Assembly (NCBI GenBank): GCA_965248265.1 | Contig: CBDFJF010000002.1 | Span: 1,408,001 to 1,472,000 of the forward strand | DNA from: Candidatus Latescibacterota bacterium | GTDB taxonomy: Bacteria > Latescibacterota > UBA2968 > UBA8231 | DNA: 64,000 nucleotides | Direction: 5' to 3' | Shown: piece after piece, positions 26,855-36,289 of the stretch | How the letters are laid out: each line of letters begins with the position of its first letter | Numbering within the stretch: the stretch's first letter is position 1 | Position numbers and translations under genes: made by a program | Notes under the pieces: model-generated | Seen by the model: only the letters and a program-made list of their open reading frames with translations | What the model was told of the DNA's origin: nothing | Databases searched by the model: none

Positions 26855-28801
26855 ATGGCCGCCATAGTTGCTACTGAGGTTTCGGCACCGCCGGGGTGGG
26901 CACTGTTGGAGCGGGAGCTCATTGAGGTGATGAATGAGGCGGCCGATCTGGTTATGAAGCGGCATACCGAGCGCAGTGGGACCATGTTCTTTGCCGATGA
27001 TGTCGACGATCAGTATGAACAGTTTGCCAACTGGGGGCTGCTCTATGCGATCGGGGGCAGCGAGCGGTTGCTCGAGTACTCACTGCGGACGTGGAATGCG
27101 ACGACGCGCTGGGGTGATGACTCTATTGTCAGTCGACGGAAGCACGGCGAATACTGGCATGGTGATCTGCGTGACTTCGGGCAGCAGATACACAACGAGT
27201 ATTACAACCTCGCCACGCCAGGGGGGACCGACTGGCATCACATGGGCGAGGGCAACCTGCAGTTCTACGATTTCGGGGTGGCGGAGCCGACGATCTCAGA
27301 GAACGTCCGACGCGCCAAGCGCTTTGCGGCCATGTTCATGGGAGAAGACCCCGAGGCGGACAACTACGATACGACATACAAAATCTTCCGGTCGCCGGTT
27401 CAAAGCAGTGTCGGGCCGTACAAGCATGCCAGCGTCGACTTCGCCAAGGCCTGGCTTCAGGGTGGCGGCAGGCGCTGGGTGGTAGGCTGGTACCCGGACC
27501 AGCCGGTGCCGCGCGGTCTGCGCAGCAGCCTGTACCCGGTCGTCAAGAACCTGGAGGTCAATTGGTTTGAAGACTGGGGCAGGCGGAAGGAGATTCTCAA
27601 GCTATTCGATCATATCATCCTCGACGGTGATGTCGCCAACAGTCTGGCTGCCGCCGGGCTCATGACCAACGCCTACCTCTACACCGGCGATCCCAAGTAC
27701 AAGGAGTGGGTGATCGAGTACGTCGAGGGATGGATGGATCGCATCCAGCAAAACAACGGCATCATTCCCGACAATGTCGGTCCGACCGGCAAGATCGGCG
27801 AACACCGTGAGGGCCAATGGTGGGGTGGTCTGTACGGCTGGAATTACTACATGGGGTACAATGTCATCTTCCATGGAGTGACCATCGCTGCCGAGTGCGC
27901 GAAGCTGTTGACCGGAGACGACAGCTATGTCGATCTGTTGCGGTCGCAGATCAAGGTGGTCGTCGAGCAGGGATTCCGGCGGGAGGAAGACGGCCAACTG
28001 ATCGTACCCTCTCGTTACACGCCCAATGGCTGGGATCACGACACTTCCGGCCCTCCCAAGCCGATGCGGATGCTGGAGCTGGCGCATCTGTATCATATGT
28101 CGATGTCGAAGGATGACCGCGAACTCATCGACTATATCAGGGATGGCGACGTGATTCGCAGCTGGACCGAGGTGCCAAGCCAGGGCGAGAAGAACGATGG
28201 GGCCACTGAAACAGCCCGCTTCAACTACTACGACGGTAAATTGCCAGACTGGCCCGAAAAGGCGTTGCGTGCAGATTTTGCCCTCGCGTTGCGTGATCTC
28301 GAATCGTTGAGACACGAAAGCCGCGATCCTGAAACATTGATCAAGGAGAATGCCTCAATACCCAGTGGGGTCTATGCGAAAGTCCTGACGCAGATCACGA
28401 TGGGCGCTCCTCAAGCTGTTTACTGTGGCGGTTTGTTGCGGGCGACAGTGCGCTATTTCGATCAGGACCGGCAACGGGCCGGCCTGCCACAGGATGTGGC
28501 GGCTCTCGTCGATGACCTGCAGGCTGACCGCGTCGGTGTACAGCTGGTCAACACGAGTTCGACCAAATCACGCAGTCTAATCGTGCAGGCGGGGGCCTTT
28601 GGCGAGCATGAGTTTTCGAGTGTCCGTCACAGGGTAGGAGAGTCGCTGGCTGAAACTCCGGTCGATGGAAAACACCTCTCTGTGACGCTACCGCCGTCGA
28701 CTTCGGTTCGACTCGATATGGGATTGAGGCGGTTCGTCAATGACCCGAGCTATGCTTTCCCCTGGCATCGCGGTAGAATCCCAGTGCCGTTTCAGGTTTA
28801 G
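26855..28801 (+). CDS. Conserved hypothetical protein (648 aa), paralog of 61514-63538
   Basis: Long ORF sharing many identical blocks with the second copy. Confidence 0.85.
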   Translation: MAAIVATEVSAPPGWALLERELIEVMNEAADLVMKRHTERSGTMFFADDVDDQYEQFANWGLLYAIGGSERLLEYSLRTWNATTRWGDDSIVSRRKHGEYWHGDLRDFGQQIHNEYYNLATPGGTDWHHMGEGNLQFYDFGVAEPTISENVRRAKRFAAMFMGEDPEADNYDTTYKIFRSPVQSSVGPYKHASVDFAKAWLQGGGRRWVVGWYPDQPVPRGLRSSLYPVVKNLEVNWFEDWGRRKEILKLFDHIILDGDVANSLAAAGLMTNAYLYTGDPKYKEWVIEYVEGWMDRIQQNNGIIPDNVGPTGKIGEHREGQWWGGLYGWNYYMGYNVIFHGVTIAAECAKLLTGDDSYVDLLRSQIKVVVEQGFRREEDGQLIVPSRYTPNGWDHDTSGPPKPMRMLELAHLYHMSMSKDDRELIDYIRDGDVIRSWTEVPSQGEKNDGATETARFNYYDGKLPDWPEKALRADFALALRDLESLRHESRDPETLIKENASIPSGVYAKVLTQITMGAPQAVYCGGLLRATVRYFDQDRQRAGLPQDVAALVDDLQADRVGVQLVNTSSTKSRSLIVQAGAFGEHEFSSVRHRVGESLAETPVDGKHLSVTLPPSTSVRLDMGLRRFVNDPSYAFPWHRGRIPVPFQV

Positions 28802-28810
28802 TTGCGGCGA

Positions 28811-29042
28811 TCACACGCTTGTGTTTTCCAACACCGGCACGTGTTCCGGCCGAATCTCGCTCTCCTCGCACAATGTGCTCGTCCTCTCGATCACATTCGC
28901 CAATTCAGCTGCATTGCCCGGCCAGTCGTACGCCATCAGTGATTCCATTGCCTCGTCTGAGATCTTGAGTGGTGCCTGTCCATCTCGCTCAGCCCTTGTC
29001 TGAAGGAAATGGACCGCCATGGTGGGAATGTCTTCACGTGAG
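28811..29042 (-). pseudogene. 3' remnant of a sigma-54-dependent activator (AAA+ lid)
   Basis: REDIP.MA.HFL, ISDEAME.L.AYDWPGN..EL.NVIER; no Walker A or GAFTGA region upstream. Confidence 0.75.
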
Positions 29043-29044
29043 GA

Positions 29045-29194
29045 CCGCCTTGTGATTGCCCTGAGTACGCTGAAGGCTACTACCCGACCTTCTTCTTCGA
29101 TCCGGATGGACTGAAGTACGAGTTCGTTCACACTCCTGGCTACGAGCACAAGAGAAAAAACCGTCCGAGAGGGACAGATCAAAGAGCAGTATAG
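29045..29194 (+). pseudogene. 3' remnant of a VOC/glyoxalase family gene
   Basis: PPCDCPEYAEGYYPTFFFDPDGLKYEFVH...*; no start; stop overlaps the next GTG. Confidence 0.7.
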
Positions 29195-30138
29195 TGTCAG
29201 GCAAACTTGATCCCGAGGTAGAGCAATACCTGCGGCAAACCGCACAGCCGGAGGCACCTCCTCTGGAAACCGTGAGTCCGGAGGAGATGCGACAAGTCTG
29301 TGTCGATCTCGTAAATCAGTTCGGTGGAATCCCTGAGCTGGTCGCTGACATCAGGGATCTGCAGATTGACGGTCCTGCTGGAGCCATTCCGATCCGCGTG
29401 TTCACACCAGAGGGTAGTGGTCCTTTTCCCGTACTGATCTATTTCCATGGCGGCGGCTGGGTGATGGGTGACCCCTCTACGCATGAGAACATCACGCAAC
29501 CTCTTACCAACCGCACCGGCTGTGTGACGGTCTCCGTCGACTACCGTCTGGCACCGGAGCATATATTCCCGGCCGCAGTTGAGGACGCCTACGCAACCAC
29601 TCGATGGGTCGTCGAAAACTCGGATAGCATCAATGGTGATGGGAATCGTATTGCCGTCGGAGGAGACAGTGCCGGAGGTAATCTGGCCGCAGCGGTTTGC
29701 CTGAAGGCACGGAATGAGCGTGGTCCATCCCTGGCATATCAACTGCTTCTCTATCCAGCGCTTGATCTGTCTTCTTTCGGTACCGATTCATACCGTGAGT
29801 GTGGCGAGGGGTACGGCCTGCCGCTAGAAATGATGGAGTGGTGTCGCGGGCACTACTTGCCGGCAGAGCCGGATCGACTCAATCCCTATGCATCCCCTCT
29901 GGTGGCGGAAGATCTGACAAATCTACCACCGGCACTCATATTGACCGCCGAATTTGATCCCTTGAGAGACGAAGGGGCCGAGTACGCGAATCGGCTCAAG
30001 GATGCAGGCATCGCAGTGAAGTATTCCTGTTACGATGGCATGGTCCACGGTTTTCTGAGCGTAGGAGGCGCCATAACGCGCGCGAAGGACGCCATTGATG
30101 AAGCGGCTTCAGAGTTACGCGCGATCTTTAAAAGCTGA
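29194..30138 (+). CDS. HSL-family esterase/lipase (alpha/beta hydrolase)
   Basis: HGGGW, DYRLAPEH.FPAA.ED, GDSAGG, EFDPLRDEG, HGF. Confidence 0.95.
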   Translation: MSGKLDPEVEQYLRQTAQPEAPPLETVSPEEMRQVCVDLVNQFGGIPELVADIRDLQIDGPAGAIPIRVFTPEGSGPFPVLIYFHGGGWVMGDPSTHENITQPLTNRTGCVTVSVDYRLAPEHIFPAAVEDAYATTRWVVENSDSINGDGNRIAVGGDSAGGNLAAAVCLKARNERGPSLAYQLLLYPALDLSSFGTDSYRECGEGYGLPLEMMEWCRGHYLPAEPDRLNPYASPLVAEDLTNLPPALILTAEFDPLRDEGAEYANRLKDAGIAVKYSCYDGMVHGFLSVGGAITRAKDAIDEAASELRAIFKS

Positions 30139-30150
30139 ATCAGATCACGG

Positions 30151-30750
30151 ATGCTCCCGGTCCTGGCGCCACTCACTCTGATTCGGCAGCCCTCGCCCTT
30201 CAGCGACCCGGAGTGGTTGTTCGAGGTCAAGTATGACGGCTTCCGAAGTCTGGCCTACATCGAAGACGGTGCGTGCAAGCTGGTGTCACGCAAGGGGAGC
30301 ACCTACCAGCGGTTCAGGGACCTCTCGATGGCGCTGTCCGGGTTGGGGAGTGAGACGATACTGGACGGTGAGATTGTGTGTCTTGACGATGACGGCCAGC
30401 CACAGTTCGACGACTTGATGTTCGCCCGGGCGCCCGCACACTTCTACGCCTTCGATATCCTGTGGCTCGACGGCAAGGATCTGCGGGACCAGCCCTGTCT
30501 GGAGCGCAAACAGGTGCTCAAGGGCCTGGCAGAGTGCGACACTCCGCGATTGCACCATGCAGACCATGTCGATGGTGAAGGTGAACGGCTGTTCGAGCTG
30601 ATATGTCAGCGAGACATGGAAGGTATCGTGGCCAAGCCCATGGCCAGTCCGTACCGGGAACTGAAGGGCAAGACTCCCTGGATCAAGATCAAGAACCCCG
30701 ACTACTCTCAGGCCGAGGGCCGGGGCGAAATGTTCCAGACTGACCGCTAG
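30151..30750 (+). CDS. Minimal ATP-dependent DNA ligase (LigD-like adenylation domain only)
   Basis: Motifs I EVKYDGFR, III ILDGEIV, IIIa FYAFDIL, IV EGIVAK, V WIKIK; no OB domain. Confidence 0.85.
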   Translation: MLPVLAPLTLIRQPSPFSDPEWLFEVKYDGFRSLAYIEDGACKLVSRKGSTYQRFRDLSMALSGLGSETILDGEIVCLDDDGQPQFDDLMFARAPAHFYAFDILWLDGKDLRDQPCLERKQVLKGLAECDTPRLHHADHVDGEGERLFELICQRDMEGIVAKPMASPYRELKGKTPWIKIKNPDYSQAEGRGEMFQTDR

Positions 30751-30877
30751 CACAACCGTATCTTGCCTAGCTTTGTGGTAGATGGGCTACATTCGCAAAA
30801 ACCTGACCTAGCAGCAGCGTTGAGTATCGACCAATGACAGAGATGCCCGACCAGATCCACGGTGACCTTCGACTCGC

Positions 30878-31744
30878 ATGGACACCCAAAATCTGACATC
30901 TTCCAACCTGGTCTCCGCGCACGGCGGGCACAGCGGGCAGTTCTGCAGTCACGCCTCTGACTCCCTGGAAGCCATCGTCGACGAATACGCCGCTCAGCAC
31001 TTCAAGTGGGTTGGTATCACGGAGCATATGCCGCCGGTTTCGGAGCAGTTCCTTTATCCAGACGAAATCGAAACAGGCCTCACTGCGGAGTCCATATATA
31101 ATCGTTTCGCCGAATACTTTTTAGTCGCGCGGGTCCTGCAACGCAGTCATCGGGACTCGTTGCAGATTCTTGTGGGCTTTGAGACCGAATGCTACACAGG
31201 CTACGAACGCTTCGCCAAGGATCTGCGCGCAGAGTTCCATCCGGACTATATAGTCGGATCGGTTCACCACGTTCGGGACATTCCGATCGATGGAACGCAG
31301 GAGCAGTATGCCGAGGCCGCAGCTGCGTCGGGTGGACTCGATGAGCTTTATTGTGACTACTTCGATCAGCAGTTGCAGCTGCTCGAGGCACTGAAGCCAG
31401 AGGTGGTCGGCCATTTCGATCTGATTCGGATCTGGGACAGCGGCTATCACGCGCGTTTGGCAAGGGGTCCGATCAAGGATCGGATTCGACGCAATCTGGA
31501 AAAGATCGGGGAATTGGATTCCATCCTGGATTTCAACCTCCGTGCCTTCGAGAAGGGAGGGACCGAGCCTTACGTTTCCGGGCCCATTCTCGAGATGGCC
31601 CTGGAGCTTGGGATTCCATGCGTCCCGGGGGATGATTCTCATGGCGTCGCGGGAGTTGGATTGCACTTCGAGAAGGGTATTGAAATACTGAGGCAGCACG
31701 GTTGCAGTACCGATTGGCCCCTGCCGCGTAGCGGTGGGGCATAA
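30878..31744 (+). CDS. Histidinol-phosphatase, HisJ/PHP family
   Basis: HGGHSGQFCSHA, ITEHMP, GSVHH, GHFDL, GDDSH. Confidence 0.88.
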   Translation: MDTQNLTSSNLVSAHGGHSGQFCSHASDSLEAIVDEYAAQHFKWVGITEHMPPVSEQFLYPDEIETGLTAESIYNRFAEYFLVARVLQRSHRDSLQILVGFETECYTGYERFAKDLRAEFHPDYIVGSVHHVRDIPIDGTQEQYAEAAAASGGLDELYCDYFDQQLQLLEALKPEVVGHFDLIRIWDSGYHARLARGPIKDRIRRNLEKIGELDSILDFNLRAFEKGGTEPYVSGPILEMALELGIPCVPGDDSHGVAGVGLHFEKGIEILRQHGCSTDWPLPRSGGA

Positions 31745-31760
31745 CGACTGGAGATTCAAC

Positions 31761-32111
31761 TTGAAAGCCAAGAATCCGATGGTCATTCACTATGTCCATG
31801 ACATGGATCGCGCCAAGACCTTTTACACTGACGTCTTCGACGTGAAACCCTCGTTTGAGTCACCGGGATGGACGACCCTCGACTTCGGGGCCATACAGCT
31901 GGCGTTGCACATAACGGCGGGGGACGACGCACTCCTTCCCAATGCCGGCTTGAACCTTGAAGTCGATAACATCGAAGAGATCCAGGCAGACGTAGAGAAG
32001 CTCGGAGGCCAACTAATCGAGCTGAGGGAGCCCCGCGGTGGTGTGCCGGTTCGGGTGGCTTGCCTGCGGGATTGCGAAGGCAACGGATTCGAACTGCGTC
32101 AGCAACCCTGA
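31761..32111 (+). CDS. VOC/glyoxalase family protein
   Basis: V.DMDRAK.FY..VF, L.LEV.NI, RDCEGNGFEL. Confidence 0.88.
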   Translation: MKAKNPMVIHYVHDMDRAKTFYTDVFDVKPSFESPGWTTLDFGAIQLALHITAGDDALLPNAGLNLEVDNIEEIQADVEKLGGQLIELREPRGGVPVRVACLRDCEGNGFELRQQP

Positions 32112-32149
32112 TATCTAAATTGGGTATGCGAGTACATGGAAGGCCGTGA

Positions 32150-33250
32150 ATGAAGTTTGAAAAGATCAGTGAAGGGTTTGTGCGCCGGAACGAGGCGGAA
32201 GAGGATGGTCTGATCAGTGCCGGACCTCGCAGTGCACTGACTCGTGACGGACAGGTACTGTGCACCTACGCGTTGACGAAGGAGCTGGGGACGAATGACT
32301 TCGTCGCGGTGTTGAGCCGGTCCAACGATGGTGGCAAGACATGGGCGCATGAGGGGCCTGTCTGGCCGTACTGGCGGTCGCAATACTCAATCGCGGGTTC
32401 GATCTGCACGGCGCCGACGGGAGAGCATTTCTTCCACGCTATGCGAACACCGATCGACGAGCCGGGGGAGTCCTTCTGGCGCGACGAAAACTCCGGGATG
32501 AAGCAGAATGAGCTGGTTTTCACGCGCTCGCAGGACGATGGTCGTACCTGGGAGGAGCCCAGCGTCATTCCCATGCATGCTCCTTGTTCAGCCGAGGCAC
32601 CCGGAGCGATCTGCATCACCCGCAGTGGCACCATGCTTCTTCCCTACGCGCCCTACAACAGCTTTGCTATCTCTGACGTAACGCGCAATCATGTGGTCGT
32701 GGCGCGCAGCAGCGACGATGGCAGTTCGTGGACTCACACCAGCATGCTGCAATTCGACGAAGGCAGCAGGGGCGCTGAAGCGTGGGTGATCGAGTTGGGC
32801 GACGGCCGTCTGCTGGGAACGTCCTGGCTGGCGAGCGTAGACGGCAAACAGGATTTTCCCAACGCTTATGCACTGAGCACGGATGATGGGCAGACATGGT
32901 GTGCGACCGGCTCTACCGGAACCATGGGACAGTCGACGGCGCTGACTCCGTTGCCGGACGGGCGAGCGCTGTTTCTGTACAACGATCGCAAAGGAGAGCT
33001 GCCAGGGGTGCGAATGGCGGTGTGCCGGCCGAAGGAGGCTGATTTCGGTATCGAGCACGACGATCTGGTCTGGACCGCATCCAGGCCGACGCAGTCGGAT
33101 TCGTCGCGAGAGCACTCGGAGTGGACGGACTTCTCATTTGGCGAGCCATCAGCGACGGTACTGCCGGATGGGACCGTGTTCGTGGCTCTGTGGAGCTTGC
33201 AACCGGGAGCTGGTGGAATACCCTTCGTCACACTGAAGCTGGTCTCCTGA
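32150..33250 (+). CDS. Sialidase-like BNR/Asp-box protein
   Basis: SNDGGKTW, SQDDGRTW, SSDDGSSW, STDDGQTW, FGEPS...LPDG. Confidence 0.88.
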   Translation: MKFEKISEGFVRRNEAEEDGLISAGPRSALTRDGQVLCTYALTKELGTNDFVAVLSRSNDGGKTWAHEGPVWPYWRSQYSIAGSICTAPTGEHFFHAMRTPIDEPGESFWRDENSGMKQNELVFTRSQDDGRTWEEPSVIPMHAPCSAEAPGAICITRSGTMLLPYAPYNSFAISDVTRNHVVVARSSDDGSSWTHTSMLQFDEGSRGAEAWVIELGDGRLLGTSWLASVDGKQDFPNAYALSTDDGQTWCATGSTGTMGQSTALTPLPDGRALFLYNDRKGELPGVRMAVCRPKEADFGIEHDDLVWTASRPTQSDSSREHSEWTDFSFGEPSATVLPDGTVFVALWSLQPGAGGIPFVTLKLVS

Positions 33251-33381
33251 GCAGCGGTCAGTGCGCGCGCGTGCGCCTGCCCGCGCTCTCGATCACATCC
33301 GTACCGCGCTGGCTTTCCCCGGGGGGATAGCCTAGAATCTGAAGCCGCTACCTTCTATCCGATCACCAAACGAGGACGAAC

Positions 33382-34428
33382 ATGGCAGACACCCCTCTTC
33401 TCATCGTCAGCACTCAAACCGAAACGGACGGTATCTTCGTCTTCAAGATCGCCGACGGCAACGGCAGTCTGGAGTTGCTACGACAGACGCCCGACATCAA
33501 AGAGCCGTTCTTCATCGACATGCATCCCAACGGCGAGGTGCTCTACAGCATCGTGGATCCGGGAGGAAAGGGGTTGGTGGCGGCGTGGGCGTTCGACCGG
33601 GACAGTGGATCTCTGGAACTGATCAATCAGCAGTCGACCCAGGGGGACTATCCATGCTACGTGGAGGTCGATCCCTCTGGGCGCGCCGTCGTGGTGGCCA
33701 ACTACATGGGAGGAAGCGTCATCTCCTATCCTTTGACTGACAGCGGTGCCCTCGGGGACGCCGGTTCCTTCCATCAACACGTGGGCAGCAGTGTCGACGA
33801 GATCCGGCAGCAAGGGCCGCACGCGCACTGCTTCAAGGTTTCCGCCGACGGTCGCTTTGCGTTTGCCGCCGACCTCGGTACGGACAAGGTGATGATCTAT
33901 GCGCTCGATGCCGGTGCCGGGACGCTGACACCCGGTGAGCAGCCGTTTGCGCGGGTGGCCCCTGGGGGAGGCCCCCGTCACTTCACCATCAGCCCCAACA
34001 ACCGGCATGCCTACGTCATCAACGAACTTGGCAGCACGGTTACAGCTTTTGACTTCGATTCCGAGCGCGGGTTGCTGCTAGAACAGGACAGCGTGACGAC
34101 GCTGCCGGCGGATTTCGATGAGGTCAGCCACACGGCCGACCTGTGCCTGACACCGGATGGACGCTTTCTTTTCGGCAGTAACCGCGGCCACGACAGTGTC
34201 GCCATGTTCAAGGTCGATGGCTCTGGGGCATTGACGCCAAACGGGATCCAACCCTGCGGTGGCCCGGTGGCGCAGAATCTGGAAATGTCGCCACAAGGTG
34301 ACCTGTTGTTCGTGGCCAACTCAGACACCGGCAAGATCAGCGCTTTCCGCATCGACGGCAGCTCGGGCACGCTATCGCCGGGGAGCGAGACGGACGTGCC
34401 CATGCCGGTCTGTTCGATCGTAGCGTAG
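33382..34428 (+). CDS. pgl: 6-phosphogluconolactonase-like (lactonase, 7-bladed propeller)
   Basis: VANY.GGS, RQ.GPHAH, ADLGTD, GGGPRH, NEL, SNRGHDS. Confidence 0.88.
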   Translation: MADTPLLIVSTQTETDGIFVFKIADGNGSLELLRQTPDIKEPFFIDMHPNGEVLYSIVDPGGKGLVAAWAFDRDSGSLELINQQSTQGDYPCYVEVDPSGRAVVVANYMGGSVISYPLTDSGALGDAGSFHQHVGSSVDEIRQQGPHAHCFKVSADGRFAFAADLGTDKVMIYALDAGAGTLTPGEQPFARVAPGGGPRHFTISPNNRHAYVINELGSTVTAFDFDSERGLLLEQDSVTTLPADFDEVSHTADLCLTPDGRFLFGSNRGHDSVAMFKVDGSGALTPNGIQPCGGPVAQNLEMSPQGDLLFVANSDTGKISAFRIDGSSGTLSPGSETDVPMPVCSIVA

Positions 34429-34451
34429 GCGGCCAGCCTCGAGTAGGAGAA

Positions 34452-35693
34452 TCAGGCAGGCGCCGGCTTCAGAGCGCTGCCGAAGTCGGACCCTGTCGGG
34501 TTCTGGAAGACACGCAGATCGAAGGCCGGCATAACCGCCAGCAGGTGATCGAAGATGTCGGCCTGGATCGCCTCATAGTTCGCCCACACGGTATCGTTCG
34601 TGAACACGTAGACCTCGATCGGCAGGCCGTTCTCTCCCGGTGGCAGCTGGCGGATGAGGAAGGTCATGTCCTGATGGATCTTCGGATGCTGCCGCAGGTA
34701 GGCGGCCACGTAGGCCCGGAAGGTACCGACGTTGGTCAGTCTGCGTCCGTTGACGATCTGGGTCGTATCTATCTTCTGGGAGCGATTCTCTTCATCCACT
34801 TCTACCTGACGCTGTGTGACGTAGTCGCGGATGAGCTGAAAACGGCCGAAGCGCTGGAGCATTTCCTCGTCACAGAAGCGGATCGAGTTCATGTCAACGC
34901 GGATGGCTCGCTTGATGCGCCTTCCTCCACTCTCCTGCATCCCCTGCCAGTTTTTGAAGGAATTGTCCACCAGTTTGTGAGTGGGGATGGTCGTTATCGT
35001 CTTGTCCCAGTTCTGCACCTTGATAGTATGCAAAGCGATATCGATGACATCGCCATCGGCGTCGAAGGCCGGCGCCTCGATCCAATCCCCGACCTTGACC
35101 AGGCGATTGCTGGCGATGTTGACGCTGGCAACCAGGGAAAGGATGGTATCCCGGAAGACGAGGACGATCACGGCCATCAACGCGCCTATTCCGGACAGCA
35201 GCACCCACGGTGACTTACCCGTCAGTACCGCTATGGTCGCCAGGCCGCCGAGAACGTAAAGGATGATCTTGACGATCTGAGCATAGCTCTTGATCGGCAG
35301 CTCGCGGTAGGAGTCGAGCTCGGCGTAGATGTCCTGAAAAGCCGTAATCACGGCGCCGGCGAGCAGCACCAGCGTAGCCGTGAGCACGCTGTTGAGCAGC
35401 TGCCGGACGGTCTCCGGGGACCCCGGCAACGCGTCGGCCCCGTAGTAGAGGACGACGATCGGTACCATCAACGAGAGGCGTCTCAGAACGTGCCGTTCCA
35501 GCAGGATGTCATCCAGCTTGGTGCGGGAGCGACGAATCAGATTGCCGAGCCCGCGTATGAGAATGGCCCGGGCAAGGAAGTAGCTGGCCAATGACAGCAG
35601 CAGGACGGCAGCGCACCGGGCCCCTGCGTAAGCGAAGTCGCCCGCGTCAGCGTAGGGCAGGGATGCCTTGAATTGTTGAATCAGTTCAGCCAA
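34452..35693 (-). CDS. MscS-family mechanosensitive channel (YbdG/MscM-like)
   Basis: GDWIE, KVQNWDKTITTIPT, NWQGMQESGGRRIKR, NGRRLTN.GTFR, QADIFDH, FQNP. Confidence 0.93.
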   Translation of the reverse strand: MAELIQQFKASLPYADAGDFAYAGARCAAVLLLSLASYFLARAILIRGLGNLIRRSRTKLDDILLERHVLRRLSLMVPIVVLYYGADALPGSPETVRQLLNSVLTATLVLLAGAVITAFQDIYAELDSYRELPIKSYAQIVKIILYVLGGLATIAVLTGKSPWVLLSGIGALMAVIVLVFRDTILSLVASVNIASNRLVKVGDWIEAPAFDADGDVIDIALHTIKVQNWDKTITTIPTHKLVDNSFKNWQGMQESGGRRIKRAIRVDMNSIRFCDEEMLQRFGRFQLIRDYVTQRQVEVDEENRSQKIDTTQIVNGRRLTNVGTFRAYVAAYLRQHPKIHQDMTFLIRQLPPGENGLPIEVYVFTNDTVWANYEAIQADIFDHLLAVMPAFDLRVFQNPTGSDFGSALKPAPA

Positions 35694-35769
35694 TGAACAA
35701 ATAGCTCCTTGTCGCGCAGAAGAGTCAGATCCTTATCATATACGGACAGCGATGTATGTCAATCAACCT

Positions 35770-35807
35770 ATAGTCGCCGACGGAGCAAATAGTCGCCGAC
35801 GGAGCAA
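35770..35807 (+). repeat. Perfect 19-bp tandem duplication
   Basis: ATAGTCGCCGACGGAGCAA x2 in a divergent intergenic region. Confidence 0.95.
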
Positions 35808-35878
35808 AACAGGGCTTTCGTGGTCGAGGGAAACAGCACTACTTTTAGGGCAACCCACAACACACGGGAGGGGGTCCC

Positions 35879-36289
35879 ATGCAACGTATCGCACTAGCGT
35901 CCGTAGTCGTGTTCGTCTTCGTCTTTCTTTTCGAATTTCTGTTCCACGGGATTCTGCTGAAGGGGATGTACGAGGCAACGGCCGAGCTGTGGCGGCCGGA
36001 GGAGGAGCACGAGATGATCTACCTCTTCCTGAGCCAGCTGTGGTTCGCGATCATGGTCGTCGTCATCTTCTCGCGCAACTGCGAGGGCAAAGGCGTCGGC
36101 GAGGGTGTTCGCTACGGCATCCTGATCGGACTGCTCATGGCTGCTCCTCAGCTGGCCACATACTGCTACCTGCCGATGCCGTTGTCGCTGACGCTCAGTT
36201 GGGTCGTTGCCAGCGCATTGAAGGGACTCGGGGCCGGGATCGTTGCATCGCTGGTCTATCGCACGGACGCAGCCAGCGCTCAGGGATAG
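35879..36289 (+). CDS. Small 4-TM membrane protein (DUF1761-like)
   Basis: FHG.LL...Y, G..EG.RYG.LIG; four hydrophobic segments. Confidence 0.65.
   Translation: MQRIALASVVVFVFVFLFEFLFHGILLKGMYEATAELWRPEEEHEMIYLFLSQLWFAIMVVVIFSRNCEGKGVGEGVRYGILIGLLMAAPQLATYCYLPMPLSLTLSWVVASALKGLGAGIVASLVYRTDAASAQG

Noticed and set aside
28811-29257. Intact 148-aa sigma-54 regulator
   Set aside because: Its N-terminal half is the antisense of the VOC remnant; the AAA+ core is missing
29194-33250. Integron cassette array of short co-directional genes
   Set aside because: No integrase and no repeated attC-like (RYYYAAC...GTTRRRY) sites seen between the genes
33370-33381. 12-mer ACGAGGACGAAC shared with 20743-20754
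   Set aside because: Contains an SD-like core; a single 12-bp match is expected by chance in 64 kb
35770-35807. CRISPR array
   Set aside because: Only two adjacent 19-bp copies, no spacers, no cas genes
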